A DNA stretch of 64,000 nucleotides, from assembly GCF_006345805.1 (NCBI RefSeq), contig NC_042997.1, positions 210,862,001 through 210,926,000 of the forward strand, read 5' to 3'. The DNA comes from Octopus sinensis. Taxonomy: Eukaryota. A program made the position numbers and the translations under genes. Position 1 is the stretch's first letter, and each line of letters opens with the position of its first letter. Below the pieces are notes generated by a model. That model was not told the origin of the DNA and searched no databases. It worked only from the letters and a program-made list of their open reading frames with translations. Positions 25,325-38,939 of this stretch are shown here, one piece after another.

Positions 25325-25545
25325 TTATATATGTGACCACGTGTGTATCGTTGGCGTTTTTCTTCCTCCGTCTTCCCTTCCTTGGACCTTTCCTTTTTCT
25401 ATGTTTTTGACGAAGAGCTCCGCTCGAAACGTTAAATCCTCCTTCTTTCTTTCCCTTCCTGAGCATCCAATAAAACTATACTTGTTCCACGTCCTCGCGT
25501 TGTTACGTTTTCTCTTCCTGTTTTCATGTTTGGATTAACTTTATA
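25325..25545 (+). mobile_element. PLE tail with HHR motif at 25403-25436
   Basis: TTGACGA-A-GAGC(TCC)GCTC-GAAAC-GTT-AAA; homologous to 9490-9710. Confidence 0.72.
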
Positions 25546-25770
25546 TCTTTATATAGCTCTTTTGATATTTGAGATTTTCTTCAATCAGAATTATTAATTA
25601 TAGAAAACATATCTTAAAAAGCAGATTAACACGCACCTGATAGAAGAATGGTTTTATGTAAGCGCATTCCACAGTTTTTAGCTTTGCAGACACGCGTGTT
25701 AGAAGGAAATTCTTATATCTTATAAAAATCGCACAATGACATGTGTAAGCAAAGACGAGACAAACAAAAA

Positions 25771-27706
25771 AAAGGATCAACTCTAAATCGATAATCTAAT
25801 TATCAGGAACTGCAAGAGAAGACATACAAACTTGAGCATGGCATGGGTTCACTATCGCAAAATATAGGACATGATACCACACTCCTGTATTATAAGAACA
25901 ATGGAAGTGTATGAAGTAGCAGAGAACATGAGAAGCCTTATAACGGAATGAAATGGTGGAGAATGGGATTGACAGTTGGGAATCAAATATTAGGAGAGGA
26001 ATTTTCCATGGGGGACAATATTTCCCCACTGATCTTTGTGCTGGGAATGATCTCCTCGTGTGAAATACTACAGAAAACAAATTTGGAGTATGATCTGGGA
26101 AGTGGTAATGGAAAACTGAACCACTTGCTATTCATGCACGACCTGAAGCTATTCACAAAAGCTGAGGCAGAACCGGACAGCCTAGTCCAGTCTGTATGGA
26201 TTTTCTCCAATGATATTAAGATGGGGTCTGGGCTCTCAAAATGTGTTATGATGGGGATGAGATGAGGAAAGCTTGCCAGAACAGAAGGTATAGGTTTGCC
26301 AAGTGGTGAAATGATGAAGGCCATTCAACCTCAATCCAATTATGATTACAAGGGAATACTTGAGGAAGATGGAATCAGACACAACGACATGGAAGGAAAG
26401 ACAAAAAGAGAATACCTGCAGCGAATGAGTGAGAAAAGTACTGGCTTCAAAGCTGAATGCCAGAAACATAATTTCGGCAATAAATTCGTGCGCAGTCGCA
26501 GTAGTTCGGTATGGCGCTGGATTCCTGAAGTGGACAGATGAAGAGCGAAAGGAGATGGACAGGAAGTCAAGAAAGCTCCTAACGATATTCGGAGCCCATC
26601 AGGCACGTGCAGACACTGATCACCTATACATGAAGAGAGCAAGTGGAGGAAGGAGACTGATGAGTGTGGAAGACTGCGTGCGTATGGAACTCGAGAGCTT
26701 AATGTGATGCCTAACCTAAAGTAGGGAAACCTTGCTAGTGACAGTTAGGAACGAGTGAGTATTGAGAGCTGAGAAAAAAGGGAAAACAAAGGAAGAAATA
26801 CAAAAGGGACATGAAGAAGAACTACGCAAGAAGGGACTACACAATCAATTCCATAGAGACACAACAGAAGTTGCTGGAAAAAATAGGTGGGATTGGCTGA
26901 TGAAAGGAACCCTAAAAGAAAAAGACCGAGAGCACTATAGTGGCAGCGCAGGACCAGGCTTTGGTTACGATCTGGAGGGTCAACCTGAGGAATGAGCAAG
27001 TGTCTCCACTGTGCCGCATCTGCAATAGAGTGGATGAAACCATTACCCATATCACAAACGAATGCCCAAAACTACTACAAGTTGTGGCAACACGATCGGG
27101 TAGCGAAAGTGCTACCTTGGAAACTGTGCGAAAAGCGGGCACTAGAAAGAGGCAAGACGTGGCCTGAGCACAAACCGGAGAGAGTGGCGGAATCGGAGAC
27201 TAGCAAAATCTGTTGGGATTTTCCAATCCAAACAGATCAGGTGCCAGAGCATAACAGACTGGACCTAGAGGTGGTAGACAAGACACATCACATATACTGT
27301 ATAGTTGGTGTTGCTTGCCCCTTTGACCGACGAATAGTCAAGAAGGAAGGCAGAAAGATAGATAGAACCCTCTTACGTATGAAATAGCCTGGCTATGGAA
27401 AAAGGAAGGAGGTGAAGATAGTGCTAATTATTGTTGGGTCCTTGGGGACAATATCAGAAGGCATCAAGAGGAATATAAAGGAAATTGGAATAGAGTGCCC
27501 AGCAGAACTGTTACAAAAGGTATGCCTCCTTGGCACGGCCAGAATAATCAGGAAAGTATTAGAGAGCTGAAAAGAACGAATAGCATGGTACCGTAGGCTG
27601 CAGGTAGCAAGCCCGTTGCGCATGCAGGACTCCAGGAGTTGCAACAAAACCCATGATAAAAAGCAATAATGACAACAGCGACAATAATAATAATGATAAT
27701 AATAAT
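25771..27706 (+). mobile_element. R4/Dong-like non-LTR element, 5'-truncated
   Basis: RT motifs GDNISPLIF, LNHLLFMHDLKL, LNARNIISAIN, AAQDQAL; CRIC...HITNEC knuckle; RLE WDFPIQTD...RLD; TAA-rich tail. Confidence 0.9.
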
Positions 27707-29340
27707 ATGCAGGACTGTTTGAAGTCACTAGAAGATTCGATGTCTCACAGGGAAAGATTAAAAAATAACAAATGTGGAAAAGGGGACTACAAAATAAAGT
27801 GAAGACTTTAAGACAAGATCTGAGTAGACAGATCTGGAAAACAAACAAGTTAGGAAACACAAGATGCAAATCCTTCCTCGGGGAAAGGTACTTAGTCAAA
27901 GAGAAAGGATTTGAGACAGTAATATATTATTTGAGACAGACCAGAAGGGATTTTATAACCAAATGAACAGTGGAGAAGAAAGTACTGAAGATGAGAAACC
28001 TAATGCAGGGGAAGCTAGAAAGTTCTGGAGTAATATTTGGGATAAGCCAGTCAATCATAATGGAGATTCAGTATGGTTAAAGAAACTGAGGGAAGTAGTG
28101 AGTGAGAAGCAGCCAGATCTAAGATTAACCAGTGCATTAATGAGTAAAGTGTTAAGGAAAATGCCGAATTGGAAGGGCCCGGGACCAGATTTAGTTCAAG
28201 GGTACTGGCAAAAGAAATTTAGTAGTTTACATGGGAGGCTGAGGGAACAGCTTGAGGATTGCATTAATGGAGAAATAATACCAGATTGGATGACTAGAGG
28301 AAGGACAATACTCATTACGAACGATAATGTGGGAGAGGTTAATATCAGTAGAAGACTGCGTTGAGTTATCTAGAGTAGATATATGGACTCCTATGTACGT
28401 AATAGTGAAAAAGTCTTATTAAAAGCTGCTAGAGTCATAGCAACACATAAGGAAACCAAAACACCAAACAAACTTTAAAAGCAGGAAAAAGAACAGAAAT
28501 TATTTGTCCGGCAGGAGATGTTGCATGGTAGATTCCCATGATAGTTTCAGCAAATAGTAGTAGTGAGACATGGTTATGGTTGCAGAAAGGAAAGCTGAAG
28601 AGGGAGAGAGCAAGTTTGTTAGTAGCAGCACAAGATCAAGCATTAAGGACTCAAGATGGACAAAAACCAAGTAGATTCCCAATGTAGGTTATGCAAATCA
28701 AAAGAGAAAAATGTTACTCATATAGTAAGTGAATGTAACATGATGGCAAAGAAAGAATAGAAGAAAAGACATGATAACCTAGGGAGAGTAATCCACAGGG
28801 AGGTATGTAGAAAGCTAAGATTTGACTATACTAATAATATGAACATGAACCTAGTAAAGGTACTAGAAAGTAAGAAATGTAAGATGTTGTGGGAGTTTAA
28901 CATTCAGACTGGCAGAGTAATAGAAGCTAGAAGGCCTGGTTTAGTAGCAGTAGGTAAAGAGAATAGAAAGTGCCAGATAATTGACTTTACAGTCACAAAT
29001 GATGAGAAAGTCAATATAAATGGTTTAGAAAAAAACAGCAAGTACCAGGACCCAACCACTGAATTACAGAGACTATGGAAAGTGCGGGTAAAATCTATTC
29101 CAGTAGTTATAGGTGCATTGGGAACTATCCCTAAAGATTCGAACAGATGGATAGAGGAAATAGGCATAACACATAATTTAGTACAGCTCCAGAAAACAGT
29201 GTTATTAGGGACAGCTTGGATGCTTAGGAGGGTTCTTGGCATCTAAGGTTATTCTGTTGTAGCCTGATGTTAGGAATTTTTCTTTTCAACAGTCTAATCT
29301 GTTGAGTGTATATGAATTATAATAATGATGATATTAATAA
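27707..29340 (+). mobile_element. Second R4/Dong-like element, internally deleted
   Basis: FWSNIW, MPNWKGPGPDLVQGYW, PDWMTRGRTIL, a jump at ~28325 to RLISVEDC, then CRLC...HIVSEC, RRPGL, VVIGALG, GTAWMLRRVL*. Confidence 0.9.
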
Positions 29341-29463
29341 GCTTAAGTCTAGCCGTATCATACGTTTGAAAGAAACACTTTCTTTCTTACTTTCTTTCTT
29401 TCTCCCTATCTATATATATGTGTATGTGCTTATGTGTATGAATACGTATATGTATATATCTAC

Positions 29464-29497
<34 letters not shown>

Positions 29498-29509
29498 ACA
29501 CATTTACAC

Positions 29510-29542
<33 letters not shown>

Positions 29543-29648
29543 TATGAATAGATGTGTTTCCATATAAATGTGTATATATGTGTGTGTATGTATGATGTAT
29601 ATATATAGAGAGAGAGACAGAGAGGGGGAGAGACATGTGTGTATATGA

Positions 29649-29686
<38 letters not shown>

Positions 29687-29979
29687 TCATATACACATAT
29701 CTCTCTTAAATATATACAGTTGTAGATGTGATGAAGAAATTCCGCTGCTTGTGTGTGTTCTTGTCTATGTGGTTGTGTTAGTGGTGGAGTGCGTGTTTGA
29801 GTGGAGGTGTAGATGCGCGTAGAGATGAATGAGTGTGTAATTAACCCTAATGGATATGTGGGTGGTTTTTATAGGTAGGATGGCGGCGGTGGCGGGGGCG
29901 GGGGCGAGGAAGGGGTTTGGTCGCGGGGAAGGAGTGCTTTTTGACAATGGACATTAATGCTGCTACTCACGCTGCTCGT

Positions 29980-29981
29980 GA

Positions 29982-30015
<34 letters not shown>

Positions 30016-30137
30016 GGTGGTGGTGGTGGTGGCGGTGGTGGTGGTGGTGATGATGATGATGATGATGATGACGATGGTGGTTGTGATGATGATGATGATG
30101 ATGACGATGGTGGTGGTGGTGGTGGTGGTGGTGGTGG

Positions 30138-30170
<33 letters not shown>

Positions 30171-30540
30171 CGATGATGACGATGGTGGTGGTGGTGGTGG
30201 TGGTGGTGGGGTGGTGGTGGCGGTGGTGGTGGTGATGATGATGATGATGATGATGACGATGGTGGTGGTGATGATGATGATGATGACGATGGTGGTATTG
30301 GTGGTGGTGGTGGTGGTGGTGGTCGCGTTAGGATTACTGCTGTTGTTGGTAGTGGTGATAGTGGTGATGGAGATGTGTGGTGAAGAACATCATCATCATC
30401 ATCATCATCATCCTCACCACCACCGCTACCACCATTACCATCATCATTATCATCATCATCATCATCCTCAGCAGTAGCAGTAGCAGCAGCAGCAGCACAG
30501 CATCAAAGGTAGACATCATAAGAAGAAGACGAAGAAGAAG
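29980..30540. repeat. Compound trinucleotide repeat (GAT/GGT/CAT/CAG/GAA)
   Basis: Direct reading of the sequence. Confidence 0.95.
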
Positions 30541-30699
30541 CCAGATGAAATGTGAAGAGAGCAGACGAGATAATCAGCGCCAACAAAGGACGAGGAGAGA
30601 ATTAGTGAAGATTTGGAGGCAGAAGATGGAATGGAGAGGAGGAGGGCGGCCGGGAGGCTGTGGAGGTGTGTGTGTGTGTGTGTGTACGCGAGGAGTTGT

Positions 30700-31252
30700 G
30701 TGCGTATGTGTGTGTGGGAATTTATATGTATGTGTGTGTGTGTGAGAGAGAATGTGTATGTGTGTGCATGTATGTGTGTGTGAGTGTTTTTGTGGGTGAG
30801 TGTATGTGTGTATACGAGTAGTTGTGTGTGTACATGTGTGAGTGAGAATTTATATGTATGTGTGTGTATGTGTGTGTGTGTGAGAGAATGTGTATGTGTG
30901 TGCATGTATGTGTGTGTGAGTGTTTTTGTGGGTGAGTGTATGTGTGTATACGAGTAGTTGTGTGTGTACATGTGTGAGTGAGAATTTATATGTATGTGTA
31001 TGTATGTGTGTGTGTACACGAGTAGTTGTTTGTGACTGCATGTTGGTTGCTTTGTGTTTGTGTTTGTGTGTGTGAGAATGTGTATGTATGTATGTGTGTG
31101 ATAGTATGTATGTGTGTGTGTGTACACGAGTAGTGTGTGTTACTACATGCTGGTCGTTTTGTGTGTGCCTGTGTGTGTGTGTGTGTGTGTGTGTGTTTAA
31201 GTGTGTCAGTGTGTCAGTGCGAGTGAAAAGGACAAAGACATTTGTTAAATGA

Positions 31253-31288
<36 letters not shown>

Positions 31289-31290
31289 AG
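30700..31290. repeat. GT-rich region with ~130-bp higher-order units
   Basis: GAATTTATATGTATG...ACGAGTAGTTG recurs at ~30718, 30846, 30981. Confidence 0.8.
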
Positions 31291-31611
31291 TTTGCATTCT
31301 GCGTACGTTGTGCATAAGTGCCTGTATGTGTGTGGGTGTGCATTCATCTGTGGGAACAGTGCAACAAAATGCGTCTTTAATATACGGCTGAAATATTTTG
31401 TTGTTGCACTGATGCAACAACAACAACTGTAACAACAACAACAACTGGGAGACTGACTTATGCTGCTGCTGCCACTGCTGCTGCTGCTGCTACCTGATGG
31501 GAGATCTTTGGAGTTTAGAAATCTTTTCTAATGGCCATCCCACGCAAAGACATCGACTACAGGAACTGAGTGTCTCCCTCTGTATGTCTTCAAGTGTGCA
31601 AACGCGCATGC

Positions 31612-31645
<34 letters not shown>

Positions 31646-32884
31646 CTAAAGCACACACACACACTCACACACTCACACACATACACATGCGCGCGCTCGC
31701 ACGGACAGTTGACGGCCATCACTATCACAGTTGATAATGTGATTAGAATGGCTCTGAGTTGGAAGAGACGTGAACAGAGAGAGAGAGAGAGAGAGAGAGA
31801 AGACGGGGAAGTGAGGAAGGAATATGGGGGACAAAGTATGAGAGTGAAGGTGAGCGAGGAGGGAGCAATGGGAAGTGAGAGGAAGAGAAAGAATAAGCCT
31901 TGAGATAAAGGAGAGGAGGCGAGTTATAAGATGGGAGAGATGGTGAAATACAAGAGAGAGTAATTAGGATAAGGAGAGTGGGAGGGGATGGAGTGAAGAA
32001 AGGGGAGAGTAGAACGGATATAAAAGACAAAGTTACATGGAGAGAGAAGGAGATGGGAAGGAAGGGGAGAGGAAGGAAGTGGGTCCCTAACATGTGGACA
32101 GGTTGACATGTGGAGATAATGATGCATGGAGAGATTGACAAAGTATTTTACGGAGGGAGAAGTTGACAGATGAGAAGATTGACAGTTGAAAACATCGATA
32201 CCAGTGGACGTGGACAGTTGTTGACATTGACGCCGGTGACAGGTTGACACTTGCAGACATTTTCACATATGGAAATATTGACAGTTGGTGTCAAAGATAT
32301 TTGTACGAGCTGGCACTTGGAAGCATTGGTACCTGCTGAGGTTGACAGATGGAGACAGTGAAACCTGAAGAGGCTGCCAGTTGGAGACATTGTCACCCGT
32401 AGAGGTCGACAATTAGTGTCAGTGATGGTTGACAGATGGAGGCATTGGCCCATAGAGAATCTTAATGAGGGGAAGATTAACCGTGAAAACGTTGACACAA
32501 AGAATGTTTGATTAAATATTTTTAAATAAATCAAGAGAAATAAATATAATCTCGTAGTTTATTGGAGTATGAACCGGCAAATATATTTTTCTTAACGATG
32601 TTACGATTCATCTCCAGTTTACGTTGCGTCAAAATAAATCCACCCGGGGTATTACCTTTAACAATCAATCACTGTTAGCTTACTTGCAGAAGTAAGTATC
32701 CTCGGTCAGTCGTTAAACCTCTTCAGGGCTCGTCGGCCGTCGCGTGATGCGTTGCTACAAATTGTCCGGTATCTGGGATCCAATGAACCGGGGCATGAGA
32801 TAACTGATAAGAAAATATATTCTGATCTATGTAGTGGAAATGAAACTTGTTATATAAAAATAGACAGACAGACAGGCAGACAGA

Positions 32885-32902
32885 CTAACTGACAGACAAA
32901 CT

Positions 32903-32987
<85 letters not shown>

Positions 32988-33017
32988 GCAGATAGATAGA
33001 TAGATAGATAGATAGGC

Positions 33018-33110
<93 letters not shown>
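32885..33110. repeat. (GATA)n microsatellite
   Basis: Direct reading of the sequence. Confidence 0.97.
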
Positions 33111-33111
<1 letters not shown>

Positions 33112-33806
33112 ACGAAAATGATAGATAAAGCGGAAATAGCTTTGTTTGGTATCGTTCTTTGGTTCCCATGGAGATAATTTTTCCTTTCATTCATTCACAA
33201 AAGTAAGAGGGAGATCAATATAACTCCAATCAGCAATATGCTAATTTCAAGCCCTTTTCTAATCGATAAACCTTTGGAATTAATAAAATCATTGATATTC
33301 CATACAGAAATTTGATGTATAAACGTCAAAGAATAAACCTACAGTAATTATCAGCTCAATTAATTAATTAAATCCAAGTGCGGCCTAGTTGCGTGTAGTT
33401 ATAAATAACGTTCTTTTAGAATAATATATTTAAAACAAAAGCAGGAAGCATAAATTTCACATATAGTTCATACTTCGATTCACTTCAACAGCTGTTTCGT
33501 TAAGATACACACAACCCAATGTGCAATTACATAATTGTGATACATAATTAATTTAATTTAATTATGTATCACAGTTATGTAATCATATATTTTGTGCTGT
33601 ATATCTTTAATATAACAGTTGTTGAACTCAGTTAATGTTTGTGGAAGTTAAGCAGGTCGCCTTTTATGCTAAAATCGTTAATACTAATGGAATGAGTTGC
33701 CGCCAATATCTATTATGCATCCTACACTCCAGAAAAAAGTTCCGTGCTTCTTGGATAGTTTTCCAGTTTTGGACATGTAAATGTCAAAGGCGTACACACA
33801 TTTACA

Positions 33807-33846
<40 letters not shown>

Positions 33847-34014
33847 TACACATACACATGCATACACTCACATACACACCTATACAAACACATATATAGA
33901 CAAACGACCTCGTGAAATCATGGGCAAACCCCTGTTATGCATTTTCTAGAGAACATTCTTGCAATTCAGTTACATTCCTCTATTATATCTATTTCATGGT
34001 ATTCCTTCTGTCTT

Positions 34015-34190
34015 TACGTTCTGAGTTCAAATTCCGCTCCGTCGAGGTCGACTTTGCCTTTCATCCTTTCGGGGTCGATAAATTAAGTACCAGTTACGCA
34101 CTGGGGCTTCATGTAATCGACTTAATCCCTTTGTCTGTCCTTGTTTGTCCCCTTTGTGTTTAGCCCCTTGTGGGCAATAAAGAAATATAT
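34015..34190 (+). mobile_element. SINE family B, 5'-truncated
   Basis: GAGTTCAAATTCCG...GGGGTCGATAAATTAAGTACCAG...AAAGAAATA. Confidence 0.88.
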
Positions 34191-34822
34191 ATCTCTTCCA
34201 CTTCTCTTACATCATTAACTCCATTGGGAAAGGCATAAACACCATACAATCTCATCTATTTTTGTTTTGTTTTTCTACAATCTTGACGTCATACAGGCAT
34301 CCAATGGCGGACGCTGTCGCTTAAGACTTTCCACTTGCAGTTCTATTTATGTCCCGTCCTTAAGTAAGAAGTGAATGTCACCCAATTTTCTCCCTCGCCT
34401 GTAAACCTTATTTTCTTGTTCATTAGATTAAATGAAGATGGTTTAATTTAGAGCATGCAATACCTGCTGCCTGCTGCATTTCCGATGATACATTGTCTAA
34501 TGTCATCGTCGTTGTGAATCACGAAACTCCCATTCACTTAGCTTGGCTTCGTTTAATCTTCTTAAATCAGATTTTTAACTAAATACTCTTAAGCCTTATC
34601 CTTTACCAAAAATCATTAGCTATCACATTATTATTATTATATAGCTTTCTACTCAGCTCAAACAAGGGGTTGTTGCTTTGGCAACAGCCGTTAAGGGTTT
34701 CTCATATTTTTTTCTTGTTTTGTTTTTTTCTTTTTCTTTTTGTCTATGATTATTTTCCATTTTTTAACTTTGCCCCGCATAATTCTTCTTCATCTTGTCA
34801 ACTGTGTTGGTACTTCACAACA

Positions 34823-35211
34823 GGAGGCGCAATGGCCCAGTGGTTAGGGCAGCGGACTCGCGGTCATAGGATCGCGGTTTCGATTCCCAGACCGGGCGTT
34901 GTGAGTGTTTATTGAGCGAAAACACCTAAAAAAACTCCACGAGGCTCCGGCAGGGGATGGTGGTGATCCCTGCTGTACTCTTTCACCACAACTTTCTCTC
35001 ACTCTTACTTCCTGTTTCTGTTGTACCTGTACTTCAAAGGGCCGGCCTTGTCACTCTCTGTGTCACGCTGAATATCCCCGAGAACTACGTTAAGGGTACA
35101 CAATGTGTCTGTGGAGTGCTCAGCCACTTACACGTTAATTTCACGAGCAGGCTGTTCCGTTGATTCGGAACAACCAGAACCCTCGTCGTCGTAACCGACG
35201 GAGTGCTTCCA
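34823..35211 (+). mobile_element. SINE family C, full length
   Basis: tRNA-like head GGAGGCGCAATGGCCCAGTGGTTAGG...GGTTTCGATTCCC; TSD ACTTCACAACA. Confidence 0.95.
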
Positions 35212-35439
35212 TCCACTTCACAACAGTTTTTCCTAATTTTTACTGTACATTCATACACAGACAAAGTGGTAGGGAGGTAGATAGATAGAAAGATAGATAG
35301 ATAGATGGATAAAAGGTGCATACAGACAGACAGACACATGCATACAGACAGACACACATACATACACACAGATAGACATGCAAGCATACATACATACATA
35401 CATACATACATACATACATACATACATACACACATACGT

Positions 35440-35880
35440 ACAGAGAATTCCCGTTATTGAATATAAAATTCAACACAAGGAATACTTGTGGAACATTCAC
35501 ATCAAAGTATATTTCAAGTGTAAAGCATAGCAGACCGGATATTGTTATCTGGGACAGAGAAGGAAAAGTGTGTACCGTCATAAAGGTTAGTTGTTCTGCT
35601 GATGTGAGTATCTCTTTGAAAATCAAGAAGAAAGAAGATAACCAATGAGCGACTGTATCCGGATTAGAAACCTCCAGCTTCTGTATCCGGATTAGAAACC
35701 TCCAGCTTCTGTATCCGGATTAGAAATTCATATTTATATCAGTAATAACTGGTGTATAAGGCTTTGTGAATAAATGCTTCAATGACACTCCGGAAAAGCA
35801 AGGGTTTCCAGAACAAGAAATCAACTAAATCGCACATTGCAAATATTATCAATAAGCAAAACTGTAAAAATCTGCAAGGC
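35440..35880 (+). mobile_element. RLE-type LINE 3' fragment
   Basis: KHSRPDIVIWDREGKVCTVIKVSC...KKEDN resembles a PD-(D/E)xK endonuclease; contains a short tandem duplication (CTGTATCCGGATTAGAAA three times). Confidence 0.75.
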
Positions 35881-37049
35881 TTTGTTCGAATATGAATCGT
35901 GTATTTGTTTTAGCAATTTACATTGCAGCGATGGAGCTTTGTGTCTTTGTTAGAAACCAGCTCCTTCTTTACAGGAAGAATTCAAACAATTAAGAGCAGA
36001 AGAGAAGAATATACATATAGACATACATACAAAAACTGCCATTTTGAAATTTTATTCTAAGCCCTACAACTGTTTCCCCAGTTAGATTTCATTCACAATC
36101 ACCCGTAGAATTACGTAACAAACATAAAAATATATAATTAATTCATTTGAATTCGATGAATATAATTTTTATCTTTTTTATTTTTTATTTTATCTAGTTT
36201 CAGCTCACGAGCTGTGGCCATGCTGGGGCACCGCCGTTTCATTGGGAAAAGAAAATTGAAAACTTGAAAATCAAAGCACCGGTGCTGTTTTAAAAAAATA
36301 CAAGAATAAGAAGCAAACGACACACACACACTCACATAGACGTATACATACATGACGCATTCACACATGCACGTATATAAGTGTGTGTGTATGTGTGTAT
36401 GTGTGTGTGTGTGTGCATGTGTGTGAGTGTATGTGTGTTTAAAACGTGGTTTCGCTGCACTTATAAATAGCTTCTGGTGGCTATACAGAGAAACGAGCCT
36501 GTTTCGTTTTCGACGAGTTTTTCTTTTTTAACCCCCGTTTTGCTTATTTCCCCCACTCACTCACTAGAATCGTCTGTTTTAAAATTTTGTCTTTGCAAAC
36601 TTATTAGTTTTCATGGAAAACAAATATGGACTCCTGTGAAGAAATAATTATATTCACCGGAGACGAATGTGACACACAGGTAATGAAAGGGAGATTTTAA
36701 TTGAACTATAAAGAGAGATGAATGTGTCTGCATTATTAACAACACTTTTGTAACCATGGCAACGAAAGACGACGTCAAAAGGAAAAGTTTTGTGTCGTCT
36801 GCTTCGAATCAAACTGAAAAAACAAGTTGGTGACGAGAGAACATTTGAAATGGTTATAACTTATTAGAAGATTTAAGGAGTAGTTTGTGGTCTGTCGACA
36901 TTTGAAAAATCGTCCTTAAAGAAAATACTGGGAATGGCGGATGCAAAAAGAAACAACTTGAGGTTAAACGCTCAGAAACGTGTTTCCGGAGAACCTAGTT
37001 TTTTTTTTTAAATAAGGCTATGGGTTGCGACCTGATACGAGACTTCTCT

Positions 37050-37480
37050 TATTGTCCAGAATGAAACATCTGTATAAAGTTTAATAGAGTCACGTTGTTG
37101 GTGGGGAAGGATGCAACCAGGGGTTCTTTGATGGTGGTAAAAGCGGTTCCTGCTTTGCTCCAACCAAATTATTTTCTTTTTTTATGTTCCACGTTCCTGT
37201 TGTGATAAGAGGGGGTAGAGATCCTTAGCTAAAACCTTCACCAAAATTTAAAGTCTTCATTTAGCAAAACTATGGGTCGGAAGTCCTTGTTGGTAGAACT
37301 TCTTCAGCAGCACAACCATATTCCGGCTCACAGAACGGGGAATTCTTCCGCTCTGCTGCTAGCTGTGGTATATGTTTGCCATGGTGCCAGTAGATTAATT
37401 TAGCTTTATAACCGTAAGTCTCATAGGGAAGGGCATTCAAACCAGCCGGTTTAGCCCTCGCACGGTCCCATCTCCTGCAT
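37050..37480 (-). mobile_element. Decayed L1/Tx1-type RT fragment
   Basis: Minus strand KPAGLNALPYETY and DFRPIVLLNEDFK resemble SPGxDGLPxEFY and FRPIxLLNxDxK. Confidence 0.5.
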
Positions 37481-37778
37481 TTCAGTTCCTCTTATTTTCC
37501 GTTTTGCCACAGCATTTGTGTAGTTTTTTTCTTGATAAGATATGTAATTTTGCTTAATTTGTTGTTTATTTTATCGGTTATCCATTAAGCAACCATGACA
37601 AAGTCATGGCCTTTCAAAACAATAGCTGACCAATTAGATTACGGGACTGACCATAACCCCCATCCCCATTTCCCGCAGGATTTCAGCAACTCGATAAACA
37701 AAAAATAACGGAAAATAATCAAGTATCTTGATTAATACCCAGAAATTTATGACTTGTAGTACCGACTAATATCATAGT

Positions 37779-38160
37779 GGAGGCGCAATGGCCCAGTGGT
37801 TAGGGCAGCGGACTCGCGGTCATAGGATCGCGGTTTCGATTCCCAGACCGGGCGTTGTGAGTGTTTATTGAGCGAAAACACCTAAAGATCCACGAGGCTC
37901 CGGCAGGGGATGGTGGTGATCCCTGCTGTACTCTTTCACCACAACTTTCTCTCACTCTTTTTTCCTGTTTCTGTTGTACCTGTATTTCAAAGGGCTGGCC
38001 TTGTCACTCTCTGTGTCACGCTGAATATCCCCGAGAACTACGTTAAGGGTACACGTGTCTGTGGAGTGCTCAGCCACTTACACGTTAATTTCACGAGCTG
38101 GCTGTTCCGTTGATTCGGATCAACCGGAACCCTCGTCGTCGTAACCAACGGAGTGCTCCC
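37779..38160 (+). mobile_element. SINE family C, full length
   Basis: Near-identical to the 34823 copy; AATATCATA duplicated in the flanks. Confidence 0.93.
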
Positions 38161-38406
38161 CCCCCCCACCCAATATCATATTAATATAAACTCTAACCCA
38201 CTTATTGAGGATCTTTGTCTAAAGCTCTCAATAGAGAACATATCACATGTTTATATGAATATATATATATATATATATATATGTTGGTGTATAATTATTA
38301 TGATTATATAAAAAGAATAGGAACTGCTGCAATAATCCTCCATTCTCAACACATGTAATACGTATGTACCTATGGGTATGTTTGTACGTAAACATATATG
38401 TATATA

Positions 38407-38439
<33 letters not shown>

Positions 38440-38560
38440 TCCTCATTTATATACCTTTTCATTCCTACATAACTACAATAATCTTAAGATATATTGATTT
38501 TTTAAAATCCCACTATTGTTTCTCCTTTGATAACTTTCTCCTTCCTCTGTTTATACTTTA

Positions 38561-38939
38561 CTAGCAGTATCGCCCGGCGTTGCTCAGGTTTGTAAGGGAA
38601 ATAACTATAAAGCATTTTTAGAGAGTTATAGCCAAAAAATAGCCAAAAAATGGGAAAAAATGATGGGAAATTTTTTTTTGATAGTTAAAAAAGGTGCGTC
38701 CTCTACACAGTTTGTGGTTTGTGTTCCTGATTCTCGACCCCATGTCGAATTTATCGATTTTTTTTAGAACTGGGGGAACTTTTCAAAATTTTCGCTGCGT
38801 TAGTTTTGAATTATGACATTGGGCTATGTGTGTGTCAAGTTTCATCAGAATCGGTTGAAAGCCGTGGTCAGGGTGAGGGTACGAGAAAACAGACACACAG
38901 AAATACGCACAGACAAACTGCCGTTTATATAGAGAGAGA
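38561..38939 (-). mobile_element. Non-autonomous Helitron
   Basis: Minus strand A|TC...hairpin CCTGAGCAACGCCGGG...CTAG|T; no TSD. Confidence 0.85.

Noticed and set aside
32700-32730. Minus-strand CTGAAGA-GGT...ACC-GAGG as a hammerhead
   Set aside because: It lacks GAAA and stem III.
34823-34897. tRNA-Arg-like gene (also at 37779, 44718 and 4490-4564)
   Set aside because: It is the head of SINE family C: it continues into a shared body and is TSD-flanked.
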